Origin: Escherichia phage Phi1
Sequence record: EF437941
DNA length: 64,000 nt
Direction: 5' to 3' (one strand)
Both the position numbers and the translations under genes were made by a program. Position 1 is the stretch's first letter, and each line of letters starts with the position of its first letter. Under the pieces are notes generated by a model. It ran no database searches and was not told the DNA's origin. It saw nothing but the letters and a program-made list of their open reading frames with translations. This document shows, piece after piece, positions 44,977 through 58,263 of the stretch.

Positions 44977-46775
44977 AACAATTAATTAATATCGGTAACG
45001 TTGTTGATGACGGTACAGGTGATTATCTAAGAAAAGGCGGTCAAAAGATTAATGACAACTTTTCTGAACTTTATACTAAGCTGGGGGATGGTGATATCCC
45101 TCATGCATCCGGCGCGTGGAAAACTCACACACAACCAGTATTAAAACCAAATTTTGGTGATGCATGGGCGATTAATACAACGAACAACGCTGTTTCTGTT
45201 GAATTACCTAAAGGAAGCGCGAGTGATTACAATAAAACAATTAAACTTCGTGATGTTTGGCGCTCATGGGCTGCACATAACGTAACATTGAAGCCAGCAC
45301 AAGGTGATACCATTAAGGGATCTCCAATCGACCGTGAGTTGTATAAAGATTTCATGGATGTTGAATTGGTTTATTGTGCGCCCGGACGTTGGGAATATGT
45401 CGAAAATAAACGAGTAGATACTATCACCACTTCCGATTTAAGCACAGTCGCTAAGGAAGTTTATATTGCAACCGAAGGACAAACAGACTTCCCTAATGTG
45501 TTTGGTTCCAATACTTACAATATTCGAAATGTTGAAGTGTATTATCGCGGTAACTTGCTTTATTATGGCAAGGATTTAACCGATGATTCTAACTATGGTT
45601 CAATCGGTGAAAACGGTGATATTGTTCCGCTGGACGGTAAAAGCATTAAATTACGCTTCCCTTGTTCGGCGGGTGATACCATTCAAATCATCACTTATAT
45701 GGACGGTATCGCATCCTTCCGGTCAAGCTATATTACTCATACAATCCGCGTTTATGAAACAGGAATGACCACTTTGGAATCCATCCCAGGTGAAGTTTGG
45801 GTTGGTGAACTAGCTAATAAGAAAGAATTTACTAATGCGGAATTAGGCGTAAGTAAGAGAGATCTTATTAATCCAAATTCATTTGAATTGCTGATCAACG
45901 GCACACAAATGATTAAAGCGGGTGATGCGGATTTACCTTCCTTTATTTGTGAAGGCGCTGACGGTGAAACAGAAGAAACTTGTGCACTTGCTGGCGGTCA
46001 ATGGGTGGAATCTGGGGAAGATTATTCATTGATGTTCGACGAAAACAGCGTGGTGACCGGTATTAAATTATCTAAAGCACTAGATAACCGAGACACTATC
46101 ACTATTCGCTGGTTTAATAATGATATCGGAACATTAATGGAATGGGACGGTGTAGGCGGTATTAAAGAAAAAGCAGATAAAATCTATCTTAATAACGAAG
46201 ATGAAGTTACGCTGACAAATCGAATTGAATATACCGATTTCCAGAATCCAAGCCAAGCAACTAAACGCCCAATGGAAGATTATACAGGTCGTGTGATGGA
46301 TATCTATTCCATATTCGATATTTTCTATCCTATAGGCACAATTTATGAAAATGCGCATAACCCAGCTAACCCAGCGACATATATGGGATTTGGTACATGG
46401 GTACGTTATGCAGAAAAAGAATTTTTAGTTGGTTGGTCTTCTGACGCAAGCGATCAAAACTTCGCACTAAACAACAACGATCTTGATACACATGGTCAAC
46501 CTACACACACCGCAGGGGGTAACGGTGGTGATGTTGCATACCAGATCAAGAAAAATATGATTCCTGAATTACAGAGCGACGATCGAGTTCTTGTAAAAGA
46601 TGATAACGGAAATATTATTATCGGTGGTTGTCAGGTAGACCCTGATGCAGTAGGTCCAGCGTTTACCAAATATCGCGAAGATAATATTAAAGTTAATCAG
46701 GGAAATACCGACCCGTCAATGATTGGTATTCTTCCCCCATACAGAACTGTCTATCGTTGGTTAAGGGTAGGTTAA
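44973..46775 (+). CDS. 10: baseplate wedge protein gp10
   Basis: 600 aa; synteny. Confidence 0.8.
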   Translation: MKQLINIGNVVDDGTGDYLRKGGQKINDNFSELYTKLGDGDIPHASGAWKTHTQPVLKPNFGDAWAINTTNNAVSVELPKGSASDYNKTIKLRDVWRSWAAHNVTLKPAQGDTIKGSPIDRELYKDFMDVELVYCAPGRWEYVENKRVDTITTSDLSTVAKEVYIATEGQTDFPNVFGSNTYNIRNVEVYYRGNLLYYGKDLTDDSNYGSIGENGDIVPLDGKSIKLRFPCSAGDTIQIITYMDGIASFRSSYITHTIRVYETGMTTLESIPGEVWVGELANKKEFTNAELGVSKRDLINPNSFELLINGTQMIKAGDADLPSFICEGADGETEETCALAGGQWVESGEDYSLMFDENSVVTGIKLSKALDNRDTITIRWFNNDIGTLMEWDGVGGIKEKADKIYLNNEDEVTLTNRIEYTDFQNPSQATKRPMEDYTGRVMDIYSIFDIFYPIGTIYENAHNPANPATYMGFGTWVRYAEKEFLVGWSSDASDQNFALNNNDLDTHGQPTHTAGGNGGDVAYQIKKNMIPELQSDDRVLVKDDNGNIIIGGCQVDPDAVGPAFTKYREDNIKVNQGNTDPSMIGILPPYRTVYRWLRVG

Positions 46776-46776
46776 T

Positions 46777-47421
46777 ATGATTTCGAAAACACGTTCAAAA
46801 GCTAGTGTATTTTCCAGCGATGCGGCGTTTATTTCATACGATCCAGGATCGAAAGATCCTGTTATCGGTGGTTCTCGTCCTATTGGTGGTGTTAATGTCG
46901 ATCAATCAAGAAAAGGTTCCTATGTAAGCAACGTTCAATCTGCAATTGATGACCTTTATTCATTGTCAATGATCCGAATTGGTGATGTGTTGGTTACAAC
47001 CAACTCAACTCCACCACAAGCCGCAGGACAGATTGAAACTCTGTCATTTTCTGGTTCTGTTAATAATCAGCATAATCCAGACGCAAACAAAGTATTAATT
47101 GATGTTTTGGGTTATCCATTTATTGTTGATGTTGGGTCTTCCGGCGTTTCTCTATGTGAGAAAGTAACGGAAAAATTTACCGAACTAATGAATAAAAACA
47201 TTATGTTCAAAGAAGTAAAAAGAAAAGGAAGTAGCAACGACCAATTAGAAATTCATTATATCGATTCTCTTGAACATCCACCAACCGATATTAGCAAGTA
47301 CGGAATTACAATCACAGGAAATGTTGATTCTCCTGCTCGTGTTGGTTATGGTTCATGGTCTCGAATGGGTACAGAAGAGAAATTTGGAACTACCCTATAT
47401 TATTTCAAACGTATTGCATAA
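46777..47421 (+). CDS. 11: baseplate wedge protein gp11
   Basis: 214 aa; synteny. Confidence 0.8.
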   Translation: MISKTRSKASVFSSDAAFISYDPGSKDPVIGGSRPIGGVNVDQSRKGSYVSNVQSAIDDLYSLSMIRIGDVLVTTNSTPPQAAGQIETLSFSGSVNNQHNPDANKVLIDVLGYPFIVDVGSSGVSLCEKVTEKFTELMNKNIMFKEVKRKGSSNDQLEIHYIDSLEHPPTDISKYGITITGNVDSPARVGYGSWSRMGTEEKFGTTLYYFKRIA

Positions 47422-47432
47422 GGTGATGTATA

Positions 47433-48833
47433 ATGGCAAACAATACTATTAACCATGTAAAAGACGATGCTCAATACGTCAAGTTTAACCCTGTAAATGA
47501 TTGGCCTCAAAGCATTACCAACGTACAAGCGGCTTTAGCCGCTATTAATGGCTTTGCCGTAAATGGATTACCGGACGCTACGGAAGATACAGCCGGGATC
47601 GCTGCAATCGCAACTCAGGAAGAAGTAAACGACGGGACAGTAGACAATAAGATCGTGACTCCAAAAACACTGGCTGTTAAAATGTCACGTCCAGATGCTA
47701 CAAAAGAAGTAAAAGGCATTACCCGATTTGCCACGATGGAAGAATCGCTGCAAGAGAGCAACGAGAACATGGCAATCGGTCCAGACACACTAAACCATTA
47801 CTTCACCACTAAAAAGGCGTCAGAGAGCGTTCAGGGGACTATTAAGATATGTTCTCTTGAGGCGGCAAAGATTGGCAGTGATGACACAATGGCAGTAACA
47901 CCGAAAAAGATGCACACTGCCATTGCACAGATTGTACCGGGATTAATTCCAGATCAAAACACAGCAACCGAAAGCACACAGGGTTTAGTTCAGTTAGCAA
48001 CCAGTGCGCAAGTTTTACAAGGCCAGATTCGAGAAGGTTTTGCAATTAGTCCTTATGCATTTGCAAATGCTCGCGCCAATGAGAATCAGGCGGGTACTGT
48101 TAAGATCGCCAACCAGTCACAGATGAATGCTGGTTCAGATGATACTGTAGTTGTTTCTGCCAAGAAGTTTGCAAGCACTAAGGCAACAACGTCTCAATAC
48201 GGTATTGTTAAACTACGAGACACCGTAGGAAGTGAGGCTAACGCTGCACTATCAGCAAATGCTAAGGTTCTTCCTAGCACTGGCGGTACGGTAAGCGGAA
48301 ACGTCTATAAAGGTTCAAACTCAGACGGCAACCAGTTTGTTACTAAAAATGAATTAGCGAATCATGCAATGCCAATTGGTGGTATTATCCTTTCTGGATT
48401 CAATGCCGATCGAGGTGACTTTCTGATCTGTAATGGTCGTTCACTGAATAAAAATCAATATCCGCAATTATTTTCTGCGATTGGTTATACCTTTGGTGGT
48501 TCAGGTGACAATTTTAACATTCCTGATATGCGCGGTTTAGTTGCTCGTGGTTGCGATCATGGAAGAAACCTTGATCCAGGTCGTCGATTTGGTTCTTATC
48601 AAGAAGACGCAATGCAGAGAATCACTGGTAAATTCCCTGTAGCTGACCGCTGGCGCGGTTGGTATGGTGGCGCATTTACTGCACAGCGCGGTCAATGGAG
48701 CACGAACTATAAAAACGGTGGTGGTGATGATTGGGGTACTACTGTTAACTTTGACTCAGGAAGATCCGTAAGAACGGCTAACGAGACTCGCGTCAAGAGT
48801 CTGGCATTAAACTATATCATAAGGGTGCGCTAA
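47433..48833 (+). CDS. 12: short tail fibre protein gp12
   Basis: N-terminus and central repeats resemble T4 gp12 as recalled (YVKF...QAA.AAI...GV.G.PDA). Confidence 0.85.
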   Translation: MANNTINHVKDDAQYVKFNPVNDWPQSITNVQAALAAINGFAVNGLPDATEDTAGIAAIATQEEVNDGTVDNKIVTPKTLAVKMSRPDATKEVKGITRFATMEESLQESNENMAIGPDTLNHYFTTKKASESVQGTIKICSLEAAKIGSDDTMAVTPKKMHTAIAQIVPGLIPDQNTATESTQGLVQLATSAQVLQGQIREGFAISPYAFANARANENQAGTVKIANQSQMNAGSDDTVVVSAKKFASTKATTSQYGIVKLRDTVGSEANAALSANAKVLPSTGGTVSGNVYKGSNSDGNQFVTKNELANHAMPIGGIILSGFNADRGDFLICNGRSLNKNQYPQLFSAIGYTFGGSGDNFNIPDMRGLVARGCDHGRNLDPGRRFGSYQEDAMQRITGKFPVADRWRGWYGGAFTAQRGQWSTNYKNGGGDDWGTTVNFDSGRSVRTANETRVKSLALNYIIRVR

Positions 48834-50602
48834 TGATTGAACAATTAAACATCCACGAGATCCCACATGTTGACGGTGTACCAAGCGAAGGACAGCACCG
48901 TATTATTTGGATCAAGAATGGCGAATGTTTAAGCGCAGCAACGACACAGACTGGCAATGACGGGACGCTTAACCGCGCCCCGGTTGCAATTCAAGAAAAC
49001 GTTGCACGCGTAAACGAAAACGCAAAATCAACCGTCGCTAAAGTTAACGAGGTTGTAACGGCGGTTAACGATATTAAAACAACTTTAGGGGTAATTTCTG
49101 ACGGAAGTATCATTGATGTGGTTAACCAGACTGTCGCAAAAGTTGAATCCGTCGAAGAGAACTTAGGAGAAACAGCAAGAACTCTGCAAACAACGGTAGA
49201 CGCTGTATCAGAACTTAACATCAAGATTGGTGATCGCCCCGCTGCCGATCCGAGCACAAGAACAATCTATGATGACATTTCTTTCATCAAACAAGAAATG
49301 GGTTCTTATCCTAACTTTAATATCAATGGTTCCCCTGATGCTGGCAGTTCCGGTTCTGGCATCAAATACCGAGTTATTCAGAATACCGCAGCATTAAATG
49401 ACCACGGTCGCCGAATCGTTCAGCTTGAAAACGACTGGCAAGATTCTGACGTAGGCGAGTTAACAAGACAAGTTAACAAAATGCGCAGTGAGATCGGCGA
49501 CACGTCTCTTGCAACACAAGAAAATGTGTATGTTCGTCTCCGCACCAACGCAAGAAACATTGCTAACATATCAAACGAAGTTCTAGAAGTCAAGAAAGCA
49601 ATTTTGTTTGATTCAATCCCTGATATCGGGACTAAAGTCACTACTCTGGGAACTAATTATGAACTTCTAAACAATGATGTTAATGGTGTAGATTCTGGTA
49701 TTCGTCCTCGTCTTCTGGCTGTCGAGAATAAGATCGGAACGCCTCAATCGGCTGGAAGCATTGATTATCGATTAACCAACACAGAGCGAGAATTTTTAGA
49801 TCTTAAACAGGTTGTTGGTGTAAGCGGTGCTGACGGTTTGCGCGGTGAAGTTGTTCGACTTTCCAATGAGATTGGCACTGACAGCGATCGACATACTCTA
49901 GCCGGACGTCTTAAAGTTGTAGAAAACACTCAGGGTCGGTTAGAAGCAAGCGTACAGGACATGGAACAGATTGTAGGTGATCGCGAATCAGGTTTGACCG
50001 CTGGCGTTATTAAACTATCAAGTGATATCTATGGCGATGATGGTTCAGAAGATCCATTTACTCAGAAAGGCGTGATTAAAATCGTCAAAGAGCTACAAAC
50101 ATCTAACGGAAACAAAGTAGATGATGTACCTGATGACGGTTTCCATTATCTGCGTAAGCGCGGAGAATGGGTGCAAGTTGCATATGCTGCTGGAGCATTT
50201 AAAAATACCGCAGATATTACGGTTGAACTCGACGAACAGGATGTTTATAAACCGATTCCGCTTAACGACATGGCGGCAGAAGTTAATGCTCGTCAAATGG
50301 TGAAAAGTGAATCTGTTGTTACCGTTCAGGACAAAGGTTTATTCCGTTGTGTATTCCGTTGTGCTGTACAAGCTCAACATAATGCAACATTCATTGTTGC
50401 GATTTTCAAAAATGGACAGATGGTATATGAAGCGAAAAATGGTCATTACGGCACAGACGAATTGATCAGCTATTCTACCAGTGCTTTCCTAAATATTGAA
50501 AAGGGCGATCAAATTAACATCCGTATTAAGGGTGTATCTGTCGAAGCAGTAGCACAACCAGTACAAATTAAAGAGTTCCTCTTTGGGATTTCTCCGGTAT
50601 AA
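48833..50602 (+). CDS. wac: fibritin (whisker) with extended C-terminal domain
   Basis: N-terminus (VDGVPSEGQHRIIWIKNGE) matches T4 fibritin; foldon-like GFHYLRKRGEWVQV followed by ~135 extra residues. Confidence 0.85.
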   Translation: MIEQLNIHEIPHVDGVPSEGQHRIIWIKNGECLSAATTQTGNDGTLNRAPVAIQENVARVNENAKSTVAKVNEVVTAVNDIKTTLGVISDGSIIDVVNQTVAKVESVEENLGETARTLQTTVDAVSELNIKIGDRPAADPSTRTIYDDISFIKQEMGSYPNFNINGSPDAGSSGSGIKYRVIQNTAALNDHGRRIVQLENDWQDSDVGELTRQVNKMRSEIGDTSLATQENVYVRLRTNARNIANISNEVLEVKKAILFDSIPDIGTKVTTLGTNYELLNNDVNGVDSGIRPRLLAVENKIGTPQSAGSIDYRLTNTEREFLDLKQVVGVSGADGLRGEVVRLSNEIGTDSDRHTLAGRLKVVENTQGRLEASVQDMEQIVGDRESGLTAGVIKLSSDIYGDDGSEDPFTQKGVIKIVKELQTSNGNKVDDVPDDGFHYLRKRGEWVQVAYAAGAFKNTADITVELDEQDVYKPIPLNDMAAEVNARQMVKSESVVTVQDKGLFRCVFRCAVQAQHNATFIVAIFKNGQMVYEAKNGHYGTDELISYSTSAFLNIEKGDQINIRIKGVSVEAVAQPVQIKEFLFGISPV

Positions 50603-50608
50603 GAAATT

Positions 50609-50633
50609 AAAGGGGCGTTAAGCCCCTTTTTCG
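50609..50633 (+). terminator. intrinsic terminator after wac
   Basis: Hairpin AGGGGCGTTAAGCCCCT followed by TTTTTCG. Confidence 0.65.
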
Positions 50634-50647
50634 TTATAGGTGATATT

Positions 50648-51580
50648 ATGTCAGGATATGTAACCAACAACCCAAGAGAATTAAAAGACGCTATTCTGCG
50701 TCGTTTAGGCGCACCAGTAATTAACGTAGAAGTAACAGAAGACCAGATTTACGATTGTATTCAGAGAGCATTAGAACTCTATGGGGAATATCATTTCGAT
50801 GGTGTGAATAAAGGATATAAAGTATTTCGTGTTAGTGCAGAGCAAGCGCAACATGGGGTATTTGATTTGAGCGATTCTGGAGTATTCGCAGTAACTAAAA
50901 TAATTCGAACAAACGTAGGTAGCGCGGCTACGATGGATGGCACTGCCGTTTATCCGTGGTTTACTGACTTTCTGTTGGGTTTAGCGGGTGTAAATGGAGG
51001 TTTAGGATCTGGCTGTAGTAAATTTTATGGTCCAAATGCAATGGGCGGTGATCTAGGATATTTCGAACAGCTTATGAGCTATCGAGCCACTATGCAAAAT
51101 ATGCTTAATCCTCTTCCCGATTACTGGTATAACAGCGCAAACGGACAACTTAAGATTACAGGAAACTTCCGAGAAGGTGATCTCATTGTTGTTGAATTAT
51201 ATGTTAAAAGCTATGTAGACGTTCCTGATATGATCGGCGCGGTTGCTGGTTATGCTCATGCTGGAGGATGTTCTACCGCTGGCGGGATTAGCGCCGTTTA
51301 TGATAATCCAACTGCTGGTTTAAGCGGGATTGTTGCTGGCATGGGACCAATCAGTGAGAACAAACAGGGCGCATATAATAACCGTTGGGTGAAAGATATG
51401 GCTACCGCCTTCACTAAGGAGGTTTGGGGGTCCATCATGGCTAAACATCAAGGTCTGCAATTACCCGGTGGTGTCACTGTTGATGGTATCCGAATCATTG
51501 AAGAAGCACGCGCCGACATTGAGAAATTGCGACAAGAACTAGAATTATTAGATCCTCCGTTCGGCATCCTCATGATTTGA
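50648..51580 (+). CDS. 13: neck protein gp13
   Basis: 310 aa; synteny. Confidence 0.8.
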   Translation: MSGYVTNNPRELKDAILRRLGAPVINVEVTEDQIYDCIQRALELYGEYHFDGVNKGYKVFRVSAEQAQHGVFDLSDSGVFAVTKIIRTNVGSAATMDGTAVYPWFTDFLLGLAGVNGGLGSGCSKFYGPNAMGGDLGYFEQLMSYRATMQNMLNPLPDYWYNSANGQLKITGNFREGDLIVVELYVKSYVDVPDMIGAVAGYAHAGGCSTAGGISAVYDNPTAGLSGIVAGMGPISENKQGAYNNRWVKDMATAFTKEVWGSIMAKHQGLQLPGGVTVDGIRIIEEARADIEKLRQELELLDPPFGILMI

Positions 51581-51589
51581 TTAAATGTG

Positions 51590-51631
51590 TTGACTAATAT
51601 GTTCTCGTTAGTGTATGATCTGACGAGAACA
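51590..51631 (+). promoter_or_regulatory. sigma70-like promoter plus inverted repeat upstream of the homing endonuclease gene
   Basis: TTGACT-N18-TATGAT; 9-bp inverted repeat TGTTCTCGT/ACGAGAACA spans the -10; RBS AAAGGAG follows. Confidence 0.45.
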
Positions 51632-51646
51632 TAAAAGGAGAATCAT

Positions 51647-52231
51647 ATGGCATATTATTATCTATATCAAATAACAAATAATTTAAATGGGATGGTCTAT
51701 GTTGGTATGAGAACGTCCAAAAAACCAATAGAAAAGGATTCTTATTGGGGGAGCGGAAAACGAATTAAAAGAGCAATAAAAAAGTATGGAATAGAGAACT
51801 TCACAAAAACTATTCTTTCCACACACAACACGTTAGAAGAACTAGCTTTAGCAGAAAAAAAGATAGTGACTAAGGAATTTGTAGAAAGAGAAGATACATA
51901 TAATATTGCTCTGGGTGGAGTGAATAGAGGTTCTTTGTGGGATGACATGGACGAAGAAACCAAAAATGAAGCAAGAAGAAAAATATCTGAAAAAGCATCC
52001 AGTCGAAAAAGAGAATCTCACTCAGAAGAGACTAAAAATAAAATGAGTCAATCGGCAAAAAATAGAAATAGAGATTGGGAAAATTTTAAAGGCGCAAGAA
52101 AAATTATGGCAGAAGGTGTTCTATACTTAACCACTCAAGAATGTTGTAGAAAGTATGGGATATCAGCCGCTTCTATGAGGAAACGAGTAAAGTCAACCGC
52201 AGAAAAATGGAAGGAGTTTTATTATGTTTGA
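51647..52231 (+). CDS. GIY-YIG homing endonuclease-like protein (freestanding, seg-like)
   Basis: N-terminal YYLYQITN...GMVYVGM (GIY-YIG), NUMOD3-like [13 protein letters not shown]-terminal HTH-like segment. Confidence 0.8.
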   Translation: MAYYYLYQITNNLNGMVYVGMRTSKKPIEKDSYWGSGKRIKRAIKKYGIENFTKTILSTHNTLEELALAEKKIVTKEFVEREDTYNIALGGVNRGSLWDDMDEETKNEARRKISEKASSRKRESHSEETKNKMSQSAKNRNRDWENFKGARKIMAEGVLYLTTQECCRKYGISAASMRKRVKSTAEKWKEFYYV

Positions 52232-52964
52232 CTCTACATTATTTGCCAGATTGGAGTCACAGAAGGATTATGAGAACACTAGACAAACAGAAATTCTCAA
52301 TCCTTATGTGAATTTCAATTCACATACAAATACACAAACTCTAGCCGATATTATGGTTGCCGAGTCTATACAAATGCGCGGCGTCGAGATGTACTACATA
52401 CCGAGAGAATTTGTTAAACCTGATATGATATTTGGGGAGGATGTACAAAGCAAATTCACTAAGGCGTGGAAGTTTGCAGCGTACATAAATTCTTTCGATG
52501 GGTATGAGGGCGCTGGCAATTTCTTTCAATCTTTCGGTTATACCGCTAATGATGAATTAACCATAACCATAAATCCAAATTTATTCAAACATCAAGTAGA
52601 CAACAAAGAGCCTAAATCCGGCGATTTGTTTTACATTCCTATGAGCAACGATTTATTCGAAATCTCATACGTCGAGCCATATCAGCCGTTTTTTCAGGCT
52701 GGCAAAAATGCCATGCGTAAAATTATTGCAGAGAAATTCGTGTATAGCGGTGAGGAATTGCGACCAGAATTACAACGCAATGAGGGAATTAATGTTGATG
52801 AGTTTGCGGATCTGGACCTTGCACCAATCACTAATCTGGACGGGTTAACAGATATCAACTTAGATCAGTACAAAGAAGATAAGCAATTCAGAAGCGAAGG
52901 ACAAGATTTTATTGATCCGTTTGATCCTATTAATGGCAAGGGTTCACCTTTCGCCGATTTTTGA
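52224..52964 (+). CDS. 14: neck protein gp14
   Basis: 246 aa; synteny. Confidence 0.8.
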   Translation: MFDSTLFARLESQKDYENTRQTEILNPYVNFNSHTNTQTLADIMVAESIQMRGVEMYYIPREFVKPDMIFGEDVQSKFTKAWKFAAYINSFDGYEGAGNFFQSFGYTANDELTITINPNLFKHQVDNKEPKSGDLFYIPMSNDLFEISYVEPYQPFFQAGKNAMRKIIAEKFVYSGEELRPELQRNEGINVDEFADLDLAPITNLDGLTDINLDQYKEDKQFRSEGQDFIDPFDPINGKGSPFADF

Positions 52965-53824
52965 TAAATACTCATAAACAAGGGGGTCAAATGTTCGGTT
53001 GGCACTATAATTCGTCAATTAGACGGTATATTGTATTGCTGGGTAATTTATTCTCCGGCGTACAAATTAAAAGGGTGCGTAGCGACGGTGAGCGTTTTAT
53101 TAAAGTTCCTATCACCTACGCAAAGAAAGAAAAATTCATGATGAGTCTGGACAAATATAACAATATCTCAAGTGAGGAAGATGTAGCAAAGGTAGAAACT
53201 ATTTTACCGCGTATGTGTCTTTCTTTGATTGATATGACATACGCCCAGAACTTTAAAACAAATATTGCAAATAAGACAGTACCAAAATATACGGCTGATG
53301 GAATCAGGAGTGTGACACAATATAATCCTGTACCATATAAGTTTACCTTCGAGTTAGGGATTTATACGCGTAACGAAGATGATATGTTTCAGATAATTGA
53401 ACAGATTCTTCCTTACTTCCAGCCTCATTTTAACTGTAAGATTAAAGAACTACACGGTAATGATGTATGGATTGATCGAGATATTCAGGTCACAATTAGT
53501 TCTATTACTCCAGATGAACAGGTAGGCGAAGATAAGTTTTCTCGTCGTCGTCTTGAGTGGACCATTATGTTCGAATTTATCGGCTTTATATATCCTCCAG
53601 CTACCGACGTTAAGGGGGAAATTAGAACGATTTATCTTGATTTTCATGCCAATTCTCGTGAATTGAATCCTAGCGGTAATTTTGAATCAGTGGATCACGA
53701 GGTCGTTAAACGTGACGTCGAGCAAGAAGATTGGGACGGAACTATCAAAGAATCATATTCTAGTGATATTCCAATACCAGTTGCACCGACTCCACCGGGT
53801 CCACGTATTGTAAGAGAATTTTAA
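52961..53824 (+). CDS. 15: tail sheath stabiliser / terminator gp15
   Basis: 287 aa; synteny. Confidence 0.8.
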   Translation: MINTHKQGGQMFGWHYNSSIRRYIVLLGNLFSGVQIKRVRSDGERFIKVPITYAKKEKFMMSLDKYNNISSEEDVAKVETILPRMCLSLIDMTYAQNFKTNIANKTVPKYTADGIRSVTQYNPVPYKFTFELGIYTRNEDDMFQIIEQILPYFQPHFNCKIKELHGNDVWIDRDIQVTISSITPDEQVGEDKFSRRRLEWTIMFEFIGFIYPPATDVKGEIRTIYLDFHANSRELNPSGNFESVDHEVVKRDVEQEDWDGTIKESYSSDIPIPVAPTPPGPRIVREF

Positions 53825-53837
53825 GAGGTAATTTATT

Positions 53838-56158
<2,321 letters not shown>

Positions 56159-56189
56159 CGATAATGCATAAAAAGATGAGGAAATTCTA

Positions 56190-58190
56190 ATGACTCTATT
56201 ATCACCGGGTTTCGAAACGAAAGAAACTACTCTCTCCACTACCATTGTGCAATCTGCGACTGGTCGCGCGGCACTGGTAGGTAAATTCCAATGGGGTCCA
56301 GCTTTCCAGATTATTCAAGTAACTAATGAAGTTGAATTAGTTAATAAATTTGGTCAGCCGGATAATAACACCGCAGACTATTTCATGAGCGGGGCTAACT
56401 TCCTCCAGTACGGTAATGATCTGCGTGTTGTTCGTGTATTGAATAAAGAAAAAGCGAAAAACGCAACCGCACTGGCTGGTAACATCGAGTTTGAAATCAC
56501 AAACGAAGGTTCAAACTATGAAGTAGGCGATACCATCAAGATTAAACATAACCGTCAAGATATTGAAACGGCGGGTAAAGTAACTAAAGTTGATGGTGAT
56601 GGTAAAGTTAAGGGCGTATTTATCCCAACTGGTAAAATTATCGCTCACGCTAAAGCAATCGGTGTATATCCAGAACTTGATGGCGATTGGACGGCAGAGT
56701 TCACTTCTTCGTCGGGTAACGGTAGTGCGGCGCTGTCAGTAACGAAAATTGTTACTGATTCCGGTCTTCTGTTAACGGATCTGGAAACTTCCCGCGCCAA
56801 TATCACAAATCAAACTTTCTTGACTAAACTCCAGAAGTATGATATGCCAGCGGTAAGCGCGATCTATGCTGGTGAGATTGGCAACTCGCTGGAAGTTGAA
56901 ATTCTGGCACGTAGTGCGTTTAAGAACACTGCACCAGATCTGACCATGTATCCTTATGGTGGCGAGCGCACCGCAGCACGCAACCTGATTCCATATGCAC
57001 CGCAGAATGATAATCAATATGCATTTATTGTTCGTCGCGATGGTGTTGTGGTAGAATCCTATGTACTGTCTACTCTGAAAGGGGATAAAGACGTATATGG
57101 CAATTCTATCTACATGGACGACTTCTTTGGTCGTGGTTCTAGCCAGTACATCTATGCAACCGCTCAAGGGTGGGTAGATGGTTTCAGTGGTATTATCTCT
57201 CTTGCCGGTGGTGTTTCTGCTAACGAAGCAACGACTGGTGGAGTTGGTGCTGATCCGTTCATCGGTGCGATGATGCAAGGTTGGGGTCTGTTTGCTGAAC
57301 GAGAATCTATTCACGTAAACCTGTTGATCGCTGGTGCATGTGCTGGCGAAGGCGATGCGTTCTCTACCGTACAGAAACATGCTGTTTCCATCGGTGATGA
57401 GCGTCAGGATTGCTTAGTAATGGTTTCTCCGCCACGTAGCACTGTTGTTAATATTCCGGTGACTACTGCAATTGATAACCTGATTGCATGGCGCGAAGGT
57501 TCAGGAAACTATAATGAAAACAACATGAACATTAATACCACTTACGCGGTTATTGATGGTAACTACAAATATCAGTATGACAAATACAACGACGTAAACC
57601 GTTGGGTTCCGTTGGCTGCTGATATTGCTGGTTTGTGCGCTCGTACTGATGCTGTATCCCAGCCGTGGATGAGTCCGGCAGGTTATAACCGTGGTCAGAT
57701 CATGAACGTGGTTAAACTGGCAATTGAGCCTCGCAAGGCGCACCGCGATCGTCTGTATCAGGCTGCAATTAACCCGGTGATCGGTGCTGGTGGTGAAGGG
57801 TTTATCCTGATGGGTGATAAAACCGCTACGACTGTTCCTAGCCCGTTTGACCGCATTAACGTCCGTCGTCTGTTTAACATGCTGAAAAAGAATATCGGTG
57901 ATTCAAGCAAATACAAACTGTTTGAAAACAACGATAACTTTACTCGCGCTTCCTTCCGTATGGAGGTTTCGCAATATCTCAGCACGATTCGCTCTCTGGG
58001 TGGCATTTATGACTTCCGAGTACAATGCGACACCACGAATAACACGCCGGATGTAATTGATCGTAACGAATTTGTTGCTAGTATGTTCATCAAACCAGCA
58101 AAATCGATCAACTATATCATGCTCAATTTCACTGCTGTTGCAACTGGTTCTGATTTTGACGAAATTATCGGTCCAGTTAACCAGGCATAA
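56190..58190 (+). CDS. 18: tail sheath protein gp18
   Basis: 666 aa; late promoter TATAAATA upstream; synteny. Confidence 0.9.
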   Translation: MTLLSPGFETKETTLSTTIVQSATGRAALVGKFQWGPAFQIIQVTNEVELVNKFGQPDNNTADYFMSGANFLQYGNDLRVVRVLNKEKAKNATALAGNIEFEITNEGSNYEVGDTIKIKHNRQDIETAGKVTKVDGDGKVKGVFIPTGKIIAHAKAIGVYPELDGDWTAEFTSSSGNGSAALSVTKIVTDSGLLLTDLETSRANITNQTFLTKLQKYDMPAVSAIYAGEIGNSLEVEILARSAFKNTAPDLTMYPYGGERTAARNLIPYAPQNDNQYAFIVRRDGVVVESYVLSTLKGDKDVYGNSIYMDDFFGRGSSQYIYATAQGWVDGFSGIISLAGGVSANEATTGGVGADPFIGAMMQGWGLFAERESIHVNLLIAGACAGEGDAFSTVQKHAVSIGDERQDCLVMVSPPRSTVVNIPVTTAIDNLIAWREGSGNYNENNMNINTTYAVIDGNYKYQYDKYNDVNRWVPLAADIAGLCARTDAVSQPWMSPAGYNRGQIMNVVKLAIEPRKAHRDRLYQAAINPVIGAGGEGFILMGDKTATTVPSPFDRINVRRLFNMLKKNIGDSSKYKLFENNDNFTRASFRMEVSQYLSTIRSLGGIYDFRVQCDTTNNTPDVIDRNEFVASMFIKPAKSINYIMLNFTAVATGSDFDEIIGPVNQA

Positions 58191-58223
58191 TCAGTAAATT
58201 AGCATAGATTAAAAGTTAAATCA

Positions 58224-58244
58224 AGCGGGGAGAAAATCCCCGCT
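58224..58244 (+). promoter_or_regulatory. conserved GC hairpin between genes 18 and 19
   Basis: AGCGGGGAGAAAATCCCCGCT, no U-tract; near-identical copy at 58771-58789. Confidence 0.5.
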
Positions 58245-58263
58245 CTATTAAGGAATATCAATT

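Noticed and set aside
56772-57380. Minus-strand 202-aa ORF
   Set aside because: Lies entirely antisense within tail sheath gene 18, with no initiation signals
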